51,478 nt of DNA, taken from Candidatus Omnitrophota bacterium. GTDB taxonomy: Bacteria; Omnitrophota; Gorgyraeia; Duberdicusellales; 4484-171. Made by a program: the position numbers and the translations under genes. Where the stretch lies: the NCBI GenBank assembly GCA_003644405.1, contig QNCE01000001.1, positions 1 to 51,478 of the forward strand, read 5' to 3'. The notes under the pieces are model-generated. The model had not been told where the DNA came from, made no database searches, and saw only the letters and a program-made list of their open reading frames with translations. This document shows positions 26,522-36,009 of this stretch, piece by piece (within the stretch, counting starts at the first letter, position 1; every line of letters starts with the position of its first letter).

Positions 26522-27502
26522 CTATACCCACTTTATCACACTACTCCCCCAAACCAAACCCCCACCAAAAGCATCTAAAACTACAACGTCTCCTTTTTTA
26601 ATTCTTCCCTCCTCCCAAGCCTCACATAAAGCTACTGCAGAAGAAGCACTAGACATATTCCCATACCGTTCAATATTAACATAGACTTTATCCTCGGTTA
26701 ATCCTAACCGTTTAGCTACTGCAGTAATTATCCTTATATTCGCCTGATGAGGAACAAGCAAGTCTATATCTTTTCTTCCTAACCCTGCCCTTTTTAAAGC
26801 CTTCTGGGCAGCCTCAACCATTATCCGTACTGCTATGCGAAATAACTCATTGCCCTTCATCCTTATATAATGGAGCCTTTCTTTTACTGTATCTAGAGAA
26901 GCAGGACAGCGGGAGCCACCGCCGGGAAGTATGAGAAGCTCACTCTTAGAACCATCCCCTCCTAAATAAGCACTTAAGAAACCATCCCGATTACTGGGAA
27001 CTAATACCGCTGCTCCTGCACCGTCTCCAAAGAGCACACATGTAGAACGATCTTCCCAGTCAGTAATAGAAGTTAGAACTTCACTACCTACCACTAAAGC
27101 ATTCTTATAAAACCCGCACTTTAAAAACTGCCAAGCACAGGTTAAAGCATAAACAAACCCAGCACAGGCAGCAGAGATATCAAAACAGCAGGCTTTTTTT
27201 GCCTTTAGATAATCTTGTAAGTAACACGCAGTGGAAGGAAATTGAGTATCAGGAGTGATAGTAGCAACGATTATTAAGTCTAAATCTTTGGGTTTTAACC
27301 CTGCTCTCTTCAAAGCTACTAGAGAAGCTTCTCTAGCTAAAACTGAAGCAGAAACATTTTTTTCTACTACATGACGCGTCTTTATTCCAGTTCGAGTGGT
27401 AATCCACTCATCCGATGTATCTACAATCTTTTCTAAGTCAAAATTAGTAAGAATCTTAGGAGGTAAGTATTTGCCTAATCCTACTATCTTGGCAGACTTC
27501 AT
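26522..27502 (-). CDS. fabH: 3-oxoacyl-ACP synthase III
   Basis: 326 aa. DTSDEWITTRTGI, AACAGF (active-site Cys), HQAN, GNMSSAS. Confidence 0.95.
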   Translation of the reverse strand: MKSAKIVGLGKYLPPKILTNFDLEKIVDTSDEWITTRTGIKTRHVVEKNVSASVLAREASLVALKRAGLKPKDLDLIIVATITPDTQFPSTACYLQDYLKAKKACCFDISAACAGFVYALTCAWQFLKCGFYKNALVVGSEVLTSITDWEDRSTCVLFGDGAGAAVLVPSNRDGFLSAYLGGDGSKSELLILPGGGSRCPASLDTVKERLHYIRMKGNELFRIAVRIMVEAAQKALKRAGLGRKDIDLLVPHQANIRIITAVAKRLGLTEDKVYVNIERYGNMSSASSAVALCEAWEEGRIKKGDVVVLDAFGGGLVWGSSVIKWV

Positions 27503-28487
27503 CTACCCTCCTTTTTATTTCCTTATTTAAATCTCGGTTTAACTCTTGAATAGCTACTTTTATAGCATTCTTAACTGCATAAGCATGCGAACGTCCATGA
27601 CCAATAATTACTACCCCATCTATCCCTAAAAGAGGGGCTCCTCCATACTCTGCATAGTCAGTAATTTTTTTAAAGCCTTTTAAACTCTGTTTAACGAAAA
27701 GGAATCCTAACTTACCTAAGAAATCCTTCCTAGTATTATCTAATAAAAATTTCTCCATAGCTTCAGCAAACCCTTCTGATACTTTTAATACAGCGTTACC
27801 TACGTATCCATCGCAAACAATACAATCACATTTTCCTAAAAATATATCTCTTGGCTCTAAATTCCCTACAAAGTTTAAAGGGGCCTGAGCAAAGAGACGG
27901 TGGGTATTCTTTATAAGATCCGGACCTTTGGTAGCCTCCTCTCCTATGCTAAGAAGACCCACACTGGGATTATTTCTTCCTAAAACTAAGGAATAATAAA
28001 CCGAAGCCATTATTCCATACTGAAAAAGATGGAGAGGTTTTGGATCGATATTTGCTCCCACATCTATAATTAAGCATATCCCTTTTAGAGTAGGAACTAA
28101 TACAGCAATTCCCGCTCGCTCAATCCCTTCAATTAAACCTACCTCTAAAGTAGCAGCACACACTACAGCCCCAGTATTACCACAAGAGACAAAAGCATCA
28201 ATTTTACCTTCCTTCAGAAGAAGTATTCCTTTCACTATAGAAGAATCCCGCTTTCTCCTCACAGAAGAAACTGGAAAATCACTCATATCTATCTTCTCTT
28301 TTGCCTCTACTATAGAAAACTTACTCAAATCTATTCCTTCTTTTGCTGCTTCTTTCTCTATTTCCCCTTTGTTCCCTATTAGCACTAAGTGAACATCCAG
28401 CTCTTTAGTAGCTAAATATGCTCCTTTAAGAGGTTCTAAAGGTGCATAATCTCCTCCGGAAATATCTAAACCTACTCTATATACCAT
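27456..28487 (-). CDS. plsX: Phosphate acyltransferase PlsX
   Basis: 343 aa with LDISGGDYAP, in the conserved rpmF-plsX-fabH context. The 3' end overlaps the fabH start by 47 nt. Confidence 0.9.
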   Translation of the reverse strand: MVYRVGLDISGGDYAPLEPLKGAYLATKELDVHLVLIGNKGEIEKEAAKEGIDLSKFSIVEAKEKIDMSDFPVSSVRRKRDSSIVKGILLLKEGKIDAFVSCGNTGAVVCAATLEVGLIEGIERAGIAVLVPTLKGICLIIDVGANIDPKPLHLFQYGIMASVYYSLVLGRNNPSVGLLSIGEEATKGPDLIKNTHRLFAQAPLNFVGNLEPRDIFLGKCDCIVCDGYVGNAVLKVSEGFAEAMEKFLLDNTRKDFLGKLGFLFVKQSLKGFKKITDYAEYGGAPLLGIDGVVIIGHGRSHAYAVKNAIKVAIQELNRDLNKEIKRRVDEVCQDSRIRQILTS

Positions 28488-28675
28488 TATTTCTTCTCTT
28501 TTTCTATAACTACTACTTCTCTACCTCGGTAGTATCCACAAAAGGGACAAACCATATGAGCTGGTTTTAGTCTTCCACACTCCTTACAGGGAACAAGGGC
28601 GGGGATACTTAATTTCTGATGCGTTCTCTTTTTTCTTGTGCGAGAGTGTGAATGTCTTCTCTTAGGGTGAGCCAT
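28487..28675 (-). CDS. rpmF: 50S ribosomal protein L32
   Basis: 62 aa. MAHPKRRHSHSRTRKKR and a CxxC..CxxC zinc ribbon. Confidence 0.95.
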   Translation of the reverse strand: MAHPKRRHSHSRTRKKRTHQKLSIPALVPCKECGRLKPAHMVCPFCGYYRGREVVVIEKEKK

Positions 28676-28687
28676 TTCCTCCTCCTC

Positions 28688-29107
28688 TTAATCTGATTTT
28701 TTTACACACTGACATTGAGAATAATTTAAGTTTACTCCACATCCAGGACATAATCCTTTACAGTCAGGACGACATAACACTTTCATAGGAAACTCTAAAA
28801 GAATCTGTTCTCTTATTGCTTCATCCATCTCTAAGTAATCACCAAGATGAGAGACAGGATAGTAAAAATCAAATTTTTGGACTACCTTTTGACCTACCTC
28901 TTGAAGGCATCGAGAACAAGTTATTATACGGTGAGTAGTAACTTCCGTCTTTACCAAAATATTCTTGCCTACTTTAGAAAACTCACAAACCACATGAATA
29001 TTGTCTACAAATTTTATATCAAAACTATCCATGTCCCAACTCTGAGCAGAAACATCTTCCTCTAAAAGGAGGCCCTCCTGGGGAATTTTATTTACTGCTA
29101 CTTTCAT
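28688..29107 (-). CDS. yceD: YceD/DUF177 family protein
   Basis: 139 aa. C-terminal CRPDCKGLCPGCGVNLN motif and the conserved position upstream of rpmF. Confidence 0.8.
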   Translation of the reverse strand: MKVAVNKIPQEGLLLEEDVSAQSWDMDSFDIKFVDNIHVVCEFSKVGKNILVKTEVTTHRIITCSRCLQEVGQKVVQKFDFYYPVSHLGDYLEMDEAIREQILLEFPMKVLCRPDCKGLCPGCGVNLNYSQCQCVKKSD

Positions 29108-29579
29108 TGAACTTTCGCTTTAAAGCACGGAGAGAAACCAAAGGTAAAAATGCCTTTAGATCCGCTCCCAAGGCAGCTGCTTCTTTGATTAAGCGAGAAG
29201 AGATATAAGAATACCGAGGGTGAGGCATAAGAAATACTGCTTCTATTTCGGGAGCAAGCTTCCTATTAGTTAGAGCCATCTGAAACTCGTACTCAAAGTC
29301 AGAAATCATCCGTAACCCTCGCAAAATTACTTTAACCTTCATTTTCTTAGCAAACTCTACCATTAACCCATCAAAACCCACTACTTTCACATTTCTTAAA
29401 CCCCTTACTGCCTCTTTCACCATCTCCTCTCGCTCAGAATAAGAGAAAAGGGTAGGCTTGGTAGGAAATTTTACTACTGCAACAATAAGCTGGGGAAAAA
29501 TGGATGCGGCTCGGTTTATAATATCTAAATGGCCTAGGGTAATAGGATCAAATGTTCCGGGATAAAGAACTTTCTTCAT
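29088..29579 (-). CDS. coaD: Phosphopantetheine adenylyltransferase
   Basis: 163 aa. YPGTFDPITLGHLDII and ISSRLIKE. Confidence 0.95.
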   Translation of the reverse strand: MKKVLYPGTFDPITLGHLDIINRAASIFPQLIVAVVKFPTKPTLFSYSEREEMVKEAVRGLRNVKVVGFDGLMVEFAKKMKVKVILRGLRMISDFEYEFQMALTNRKLAPEIEAVFLMPHPRYSYISSRLIKEAAALGADLKAFLPLVSLRALKRKFNESSSK

Positions 29580-30120
29580 TCTTTCTATAAATCAAAAGAA
29601 GAGTTTGACCATACTTTTTAGAGAGAATCTTAGAAAACCGCTTAAACTCTTTCTCTACGCTATCTTTGTAATAACAAGTTACTACTACTAAACCAGAAGA
29701 AGCTAATATATCATATTCATCCAAGGTTTGCAAGGATTTTGTAGAAAAGCCTTTATAGTAAGGAGGATCTAAGAAGATAACATCAAATTTCTCCTCTTGG
29801 GCGTAAAAATCCTTTATTGCCTTAAAAGCATCTTTAAGAATGGGAGTAGCTTTTGCAGAAACTTTCAGTGCCGCCAGGTTCTTATAGATAGTATCTATAG
29901 AACTCTTTTTTATATCTACAAGCACAGCTTCCTTTGCCCCTAAAGAAAGAGCCTCTATCCCTAAAGACCCTGAACCACTGAAAAGATCTAATACTTTAGC
30001 CTCAACTACTTCCTCTTTTATTAAGTCAAATAGAGACTTCTTTACTCTTAAGGAAACCGCTCTTATCCCTTTAGGCACACTTAAATAGCGATTTTTAAAA
30101 ATTCCTCTAATTACCTTCAT
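29548..30120 (-). CDS. rsmD: 16S rRNA (guanine966-N2)-methyltransferase
   Basis: DLFSGSGSLGIEALS SAM motif and FLDPPY. I place the start at the ATG at 30120, which forms an ATGA overlap with the recG stop. The track start at 30132 is also possible. Confidence 0.85.
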   Translation of the reverse strand: MKVIRGIFKNRYLSVPKGIRAVSLRVKKSLFDLIKEEVVEAKVLDLFSGSGSLGIEALSLGAKEAVLVDIKKSSIDTIYKNLAALKVSAKATPILKDAFKAIKDFYAQEEKFDVIFLDPPYYKGFSTKSLQTLDEYDILASSGLVVVTCYYKDSVEKEFKRFSKILSKKYGQTLLLIYRKNEESSLSRNI

Positions 30121-32159
30121 TTTCCTATCCAAAAATCAAGATGTTCTTTTATACACCTATGGTAGGGCTTCCTAAGATGGGGGTCATTTTTTACTACCTG
30201 ATAAGCTAATTTCCTTGCCCATCTAAGGTTATCCAAATCCTCCAAAGGGTTAGCTACTTTAAGATGAGGAAAGCCCCACTGTAAGTGTCCAAAAAAATCT
30301 CCTGGACCCCTTAATTTAAGGTCCTCCTCAGCAATCTTAAATCCATCACTAGTCTCCTTAATAACTTCTATACGCTTACGAGCATTTTCTCCCATATTTT
30401 CAGATCCAATAACAATAAAGTAAGGCTGGTAAGTAGAACGACGAATTCTACCTCGCAGCTGGTGTAACTGGGAGAGGCCAAACCTTTCGGGATTCTCTAC
30501 TACCATCACCGTGGCATTCTCAATATTTATCCCTACTTCAACCACAGTGGTAGCCACTAAAATATTGATGCGGTTCTTCCTAAAATCCTCGGCTATCTCC
30601 AACCGTCTTTTTTTAGACATCTGTCCATGAAAAACTTCTACCCGGAATTGAGTAAATACTTTTTTTAATCTCTCATACATCTGATTCAAAGAATGAATAT
30701 CTTGAAGTCTGGACTCCTCAATAACAGGGTAAATTATGTAAGCCTGCCTTCCTTCTTTCAATTTATCTTTGATAAAGCTGTATACCCACTCTCTATTTTC
30801 TTGATCTACAACAATAGTCTGAGGCTGGCAACGATTGGGTGGGAGTTCCTTTATAAGAGAAAGATCTAAATCTCCATAGATAGATAAAGCTAGACTCCGA
30901 GGAATGGGAGTAGCGCTCATAATCAAACAATCAGGATTTTTACCTTTTTTAGGTAAAAGGGCGCGTTGTGCTACCCCAAACTTATGTTGTTCATCTATAA
31001 CCACCAAACCTAAATTTTTAAATTCTACATTTTCATCAAGAAGAGAATGGGTACCTACAACAATCTCAGTCTTTCCTTCCTTTAAAGAAGTTATGATTTT
31101 TTCTCTCATCTTTTTAGAAAGAGAAGAAACTAAAATATCTACTCTAAATCCTAAAGGAGCTAGAATACTTTGGAGAGCCTGATGATGCTGAAAAGCCAAA
31201 ATTTCAGTAGGAACCATAACTGCAGCTTGATACCCTGAATGAACACATACTCCTATAGCGAAAATAGCTACAGCAGTTTTACCTGAACCTACATCTCCCT
31301 GAAGGAGACGATGCATAGGATAGGGTTTTTTCATATCTTCAAGGATTTGAACAAGTGCTTCTTCTTGAGAAGAAGTGAGAGAAAAATCAAACCTTCTTCT
31401 AATCTCCTCTATAAAATCTTTATCTACCTTAAATGGTATTCCCTTAGTTAAGACTCTCCTTGCTTTTCTTAAGTAAACCATGATTTGAGAAAAGAACAGT
31501 TCTTCAAATATAAATCTTTCTCTAGCTAAATTAGCATCTTGAAATGTGGAAGGATAGTGAATATTTTCTAAAGCCTCTCTTATATTAGGAATTTTTCTCT
31601 CCTCTCTTATGTAGAAAGGAAGGGGATCAAGAAGCTGGGAAGAAAACTTCTTTAACCCTTCAAAGATTATCTTCCGCATCCTTCTCTGAGTAATTCCCTC
31701 TACAAGGCGATAGAAACCCACAATTCTCCCAAAGTTAAAAGAATCTACTGAAGAAAACTTCTCATACTCAGGAGAGATAAATTGAATACTCCCTTTAAAG
31801 AGAGTAGCTTTCCCATAGAGGAAGAGTTCATCTCCTACATTTATATAATCTCTAAGATAAGGCTGATTAAACCATACACAGTTTAAGAAACCACTTCCAT
31901 CGGAAACAACTGCTTCGAAGAGCTTTCTACCAAATAGAAAACGCTTAACTCCCCTTACATTCCTTGCCATAACTTTCCCTTTTACTAAAAAATGAACACC
32001 TTCTTTTATCTCTTTGATAGGAGTTATGTAGCGCCTGTCTTGATAGCGCAAGGGAAAATAATAAAGTAAATCTTTTCCACTATAAATTTCTAATTTTGCT
32101 AAAGTATTAGCTAATTTTGAACCTATCCCTTTTATGTAACGCAAAGAAAGGTCCTGCAT
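30117..32159 (-). CDS. recG: ATP-dependent DNA helicase RecG
   Basis: 680 aa. N-terminal wedge/OB region and SF2 helicase motifs GDVGSGKT and VIDEQHKFG. Confidence 0.95.
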   Translation of the reverse strand: MQDLSLRYIKGIGSKLANTLAKLEIYSGKDLLYYFPLRYQDRRYITPIKEIKEGVHFLVKGKVMARNVRGVKRFLFGRKLFEAVVSDGSGFLNCVWFNQPYLRDYINVGDELFLYGKATLFKGSIQFISPEYEKFSSVDSFNFGRIVGFYRLVEGITQRRMRKIIFEGLKKFSSQLLDPLPFYIREERKIPNIREALENIHYPSTFQDANLARERFIFEELFFSQIMVYLRKARRVLTKGIPFKVDKDFIEEIRRRFDFSLTSSQEEALVQILEDMKKPYPMHRLLQGDVGSGKTAVAIFAIGVCVHSGYQAAVMVPTEILAFQHHQALQSILAPLGFRVDILVSSLSKKMREKIITSLKEGKTEIVVGTHSLLDENVEFKNLGLVVIDEQHKFGVAQRALLPKKGKNPDCLIMSATPIPRSLALSIYGDLDLSLIKELPPNRCQPQTIVVDQENREWVYSFIKDKLKEGRQAYIIYPVIEESRLQDIHSLNQMYERLKKVFTQFRVEVFHGQMSKKRRLEIAEDFRKNRINILVATTVVEVGINIENATVMVVENPERFGLSQLHQLRGRIRRSTYQPYFIVIGSENMGENARKRIEVIKETSDGFKIAEEDLKLRGPGDFFGHLQWGFPHLKVANPLEDLDNLRWARKLAYQVVKNDPHLRKPYHRCIKEHLDFWIGK

Positions 32160-32161
32160 AG

Positions 32162-33169
32162 TTAAGAGATACTCTTTACTAAATTACCCTCCACAGAAAA
32201 TTTTTTGTCTAAAAATTTTTCACAAACCCAAATGTTAGTTAAGGTATGTAAGGTAATTTGAGATGTAAGAAATTCTCCCCCTAGGAAAGCCATATAGGGA
32301 ATAAGATGATCGGCAAGGTGTCTGTCGCAGGCAGCTCCACTTTCTATTTCTTCTTTAAGTTTTGCTACTGCTTGGTAAGCTACTTTCTCTGCTGATTTAC
32401 CTTTTTCTCCTAAACTATTACTGAAGAGGATAGTATTTTCAAAATAAGCACAGAGGTAAATCTCTGAACCAGAAGAGAAAGTATCAGTGTAAAAAAATCT
32501 TTCTTCAATCTCTAAATTGGGGTAAGTTTCTTTCAACAACTCCCTGGCTTTATAGAGTTGTCTTTGAGCTACATTTTTCTCCTTTAGAGAAGAAGAAGCA
32601 ATACTTGTTATAGATACTTTAATAAAGCAGCCTCTTTGGGTAAAGTTAATACTTCCTAAGTCACTTTTTTTTACCCTTAAAGAAACCTGACCTCCTCCTT
32701 TAGGATAATATCCTCTCCTCATTACCTGGAGATGAGCATTTATGCCTAGAAGAGGAAATACCACTTTGGAATAGAAATCTACAGGAGGAGCCCATTTTCC
32801 TGCTGTTCCTCCTATTACTTTTAAGGTTACCTCTTTATTTAAAATTACAATCGGTAAAAGAATTGCTTGAATAATTAATCCAACAGAAGCGGCTGTCTCT
32901 GTTTTTAAAAAGATAGAGGAAGCCTTAACTTCTGAGGAAGGGGAAAAACGAATTCTCTGGGAACCAAGAAAAGCTCCTTGGCAGGAAGCAGCAAACATTT
33001 TCTGAAAAGCTTGAATCACATACAGATGTTGAGTTGCTAGCCCAGGGTTTTTTCTTTTCTTTCTTATATTAAATATCTCTATTTCCTCTCCTAAGATAGT
33101 AGAAAGCCCTAAAGCCGTTCTTAAGATCTGACCTCCCCCCTCGAGATAAGACCCATCTATAGAAATCAT
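32162..33169 (-). CDS. rtcA: RNA 3'-terminal phosphate cyclase
   Basis: 335 aa. IDGSYLEGGGQILRTALGLS N-terminus and the catalytic-His region CDRHLADHLIPY. Confidence 0.9.
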   Translation of the reverse strand: MISIDGSYLEGGGQILRTALGLSTILGEEIEIFNIRKKRKNPGLATQHLYVIQAFQKMFAASCQGAFLGSQRIRFSPSSEVKASSIFLKTETAASVGLIIQAILLPIVILNKEVTLKVIGGTAGKWAPPVDFYSKVVFPLLGINAHLQVMRRGYYPKGGGQVSLRVKKSDLGSINFTQRGCFIKVSITSIASSSLKEKNVAQRQLYKARELLKETYPNLEIEERFFYTDTFSSGSEIYLCAYFENTILFSNSLGEKGKSAEKVAYQAVAKLKEEIESGAACDRHLADHLIPYMAFLGGEFLTSQITLHTLTNIWVCEKFLDKKFSVEGNLVKSIS

Positions 33170-34101
33170 TTTTTCTTTTCCTTGATGTAGTCTCTTATTA
33201 TCTTAGCATGATCAAAGGCTATTTTCTTAGGCAAACTATCTAATCTAAAAACTTGAGCATCTTTAGCATCAGAGGAAGAAAGAAGACGGCCTCTCCCCTT
33301 TCCTACAAACACTACGGAGACAGTATGAAATCGAGGATCCCGGTTAGGATTAGAATAAACTTTAAACTGTTTAAAGTTTACAAAATCTAAATTCGTCTCC
33401 TCCTTTACTTCTCTTTTTACCGCTTCTTCCACACTCTCACCGTAATCTAGGAATCCTCCAGGAAGAGCCCAACCAAAAGGGGGATTGCTTCTTTCTATCA
33501 TCACAATCCCTCCAGCAAATTCTACTATTCCATCTACAGTAAGAAAAGGACCTTGACATACCTTCTTGGTGATATAATCTAAGTACCCCAAAAGATTCTT
33601 TTTAAAAGCTGTCAACGCTTGAAGAGAAGCAAGAACGAAAACAATCTTTTTAAGAGATGGCTTTTCGATTTCTCTTAAGTAACGAAACACCTCTTGAGCC
33701 ATTATCTTAGCAGAGAGGAAATAAGAAAGTTTGCCTGTCCCACATCCTAAAGCACAGAAAGAAAGAGAATGAATACGTTTGCTCTGAGCTAACCATAAAG
33801 TAGCAGCAGTGGCTTTTCTAATTACCTCTTCGTTAGTTTTAAAGTCTAATCCCATAGTTACTGCATGAATCACATATTTAGCCTTCAATGCGCCAGCCCT
33901 AGTAATAATAGCCTCCCCCTTTTTTGCTGGAGCGTGTTTTTGAGCCTCTCTTTCAATTGTTTTCCCACCCTTTCTCTTTATAGCGCTAGCTACCCCTCCT
34001 TCCATAAAAAAATGTGTATTAGCAGAGTTAACTATTGCCTCGGTATTTACCTCAGTAATATCCGCCTTAACTACCTTAATCTCCACCCCTTTTATAAACA
34101 T
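33166..34101 (-). CDS. Macro domain :: Nudix hydrolase fusion protein
   Basis: 311 aa. Residues about 1-175 form a MacroD/Af1521-type macro domain (IVNSAN, GGVASAI, ALGCGTG). Residues about 185-311 are Nudix, with the box GGFLDYGESVEEAVKREVKEETN (about 33388-33459). Confidence 0.85.
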   Translation of the reverse strand: MFIKGVEIKVVKADITEVNTEAIVNSANTHFFMEGGVASAIKRKGGKTIEREAQKHAPAKKGEAIITRAGALKAKYVIHAVTMGLDFKTNEEVIRKATAATLWLAQSKRIHSLSFCALGCGTGKLSYFLSAKIMAQEVFRYLREIEKPSLKKIVFVLASLQALTAFKKNLLGYLDYITKKVCQGPFLTVDGIVEFAGGIVMIERSNPPFGWALPGGFLDYGESVEEAVKREVKEETNLDFVNFKQFKVYSNPNRDPRFHTVSVVFVGKGRGRLLSSSDAKDAQVFRLDSLPKKIAFDHAKIIRDYIKEKKK

Positions 34102-35540
34102 CTTTCCTCCCTTCTAGATTCTAGATAAGCCTTAGCTACCCGGTAAGCTTCTCTCTTGTTCTTCACATTTCCCAAAGCTTGCTCCTCTCTAATTTTAGCA
34201 AGTATCTCTCCCACTAAAGGAGAGGGAGCTAAGTTAAACTTTTTCATTATATCAAATCCATCCACTACCTTAGGTAAAGGTTTCTTTTTCCTTTCATTAA
34301 AGTAAAAATCAATAAGTTTAAACATTACTCTCTCATGGATTAGTCTCTTCTCTCTGTTAGTGAGTGGTCCTCTGGTAGCGCGCCAGTCCGCTAAAGATAA
34401 AAGAATAACCGAAACTCCTTCCTCTTCAGTATCTCTAAAAAATCTATAAATTGCCCTCTGAGAGGGAAAAATCTCTCCTGCTAAGTAACCTGGCCTTAAG
34501 TGCCAAAAAATCAACTTCCTAAGAACTTCTTTCTCTTTTACTGAGAGTTTAATTTCTTGAGCAAACTCCTGAGCAAGTTCTGCTCCTATTTTCTCGTGAG
34601 TATGAAATATAGTTTTTTTACCTTTGACCCCTTTCGCAAAAGGTTTACCAATATCGTGAAGAAGACAGGCAAGTTTTAAAATGTGAATTCTCTTTCTATT
34701 TTTAGCCAACTCCTGATTAAGGTAATCTACTATCTCTGAAGACTTAACCAACCTTCGTCGGTAAAGAATTTCAAAGCGGGAAAGTGTTTGAAGAGAATGT
34801 TCCCAAACATCTAAATGATGATATCCGCCTTGATATACCCCTCGAGACTTCCTTATAGAAGGAATGATTTCATCAAGGATAAAGAGGTCACTCATTTTTT
34901 TTATTATCGAATAACTGTAGTGGCTATCTAAAATTTTGAACAACTCTTCGTTTATTCGCTCAGGAGATACTTTTTTTAACAATGCCTTGTGTTTTTTTAA
35001 AAACTTAAGAGTCTGCGTTTCTATCCGCAAGTTATACCTCGCCCATAAGCTAAAAGCTCTTAAGATTCTTAAAGGATCTTCTAAAATAACTTCTTCACTT
35101 ACTGCTCTTATAATTTTCTTTCTCAAATCCCTGATAGCTTTCAAGCGATCAATCACCTGAACGTGAGGAAAGCGATTTACATTTAGAAGTAAGGTATTTA
35201 TAGAAAAATCTCTCTTTAAAAGGTCCTCTTCTAAATTACTTCCCTTTAACTGAGAAAAATCGTAGTGATAAGTATTCTCTTTTCTCTTTACAATTACCCG
35301 ATAGGTTCTTTCCTCTTTATCTAATACGATCCACTTGCAGTTTATCTTTTGAGAAAAAGCAATGGAAAACTCTTCAGCATTCCTTTCAACAATAAAATCA
35401 AAATCAAAATTCTCTCCTCTTTTTAGATAGAGGTCTCTTAAAAAACCTCCTACCAAATATACATTTACTTTCGTCTCGTTAGCTAATCTCTTTATAGAAA
35501 AAAGGTAAGGAATACTTGCTACCTTATCTTTTATTTGCAT
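34092..35540 (-). CDS. cca: CCA-adding tRNA nucleotidyltransferase with HD domain
   Basis: 482 aa. Pol-beta nucleotidyltransferase head (YLVGGFLRDLYL..DFDF) and a C-terminal HD domain (HHLDVWEHS, LLHDIGKP). Confidence 0.85.
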   Translation of the reverse strand: MQIKDKVASIPYLFSIKRLANETKVNVYLVGGFLRDLYLKRGENFDFDFIVERNAEEFSIAFSQKINCKWIVLDKEERTYRVIVKRKENTYHYDFSQLKGSNLEEDLLKRDFSINTLLLNVNRFPHVQVIDRLKAIRDLRKKIIRAVSEEVILEDPLRILRAFSLWARYNLRIETQTLKFLKKHKALLKKVSPERINEELFKILDSHYSYSIIKKMSDLFILDEIIPSIRKSRGVYQGGYHHLDVWEHSLQTLSRFEILYRRRLVKSSEIVDYLNQELAKNRKRIHILKLACLLHDIGKPFAKGVKGKKTIFHTHEKIGAELAQEFAQEIKLSVKEKEVLRKLIFWHLRPGYLAGEIFPSQRAIYRFFRDTEEEGVSVILLSLADWRATRGPLTNREKRLIHERVMFKLIDFYFNERKKKPLPKVVDGFDIMKKFNLAPSPLVGEILAKIREEQALGNVKNKREAYRVAKAYLESRREERCL

Positions 35541-35550
35541 AAAAGGTGGG

Positions 35551-36009
35551 TTAAAAGTATACTAACTCTGCATCTAAACTCTCTAAATCTAAAATGACCA
35601 AGGAAGATTTCTCAGTAAGCCATCCACAAGCCTCTCCAGGATTTATAAGGAGCTTACCATCAACTTTCTCTATTCGAGGATGGTGGGTGTGACCAAATAT
35701 AATTATCTGAGCATCAACAGAGATGAACTGATGGGTAACAGCAATTTTCTTCTCCTGAGCCTCCCAAAGTAGAGGTGGCGGCTTTATCCGTCCTCCAGAT
35801 CTTTTACTCAATCCTTCCTTTTCTCCATCGTTGTTCCCAAAAACTCCTGCCCAATCACATCTCAACTTTTGGAAAGGATCTAGAGAAAAAGGAGCAATAA
35901 AATCTCCGGCATGAAACACAAAATCAACTTCGTGTTCGTTAAATATCTTAACTGCTTCTCTAATCTTTACTAGGTTGTCATGAGTATCGCTAATAATCCC
36001 TATCTTCAT
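35551..36009 (-). CDS. MJ0936/YfcE-type metallophosphoesterase
   Basis: 152 aa. ISDTHDN, HAGDF, GNNDGE and GHTHHP motifs. Confidence 0.8.
   Translation of the reverse strand: MKIGIISDTHDNLVKIREAVKIFNEHEVDFVFHAGDFIAPFSLDPFQKLRCDWAGVFGNNDGEKEGLSKRSGGRIKPPPLLWEAQEKKIAVTHQFISVDAQIIIFGHTHHPRIEKVDGKLLINPGEACGWLTEKSSLVILDLESLDAELVYF

Noticed and set aside
27456-27502. 47-nt overlap of the plsX 3' end with the fabH start, considered as a frameshift or pseudogene signal
   Set aside because: Both proteins are full length with intact N- and C-terminal family features (fabH starts MKSAKIVGLGKYLP, as is typical). Long overlaps are common throughout this window.
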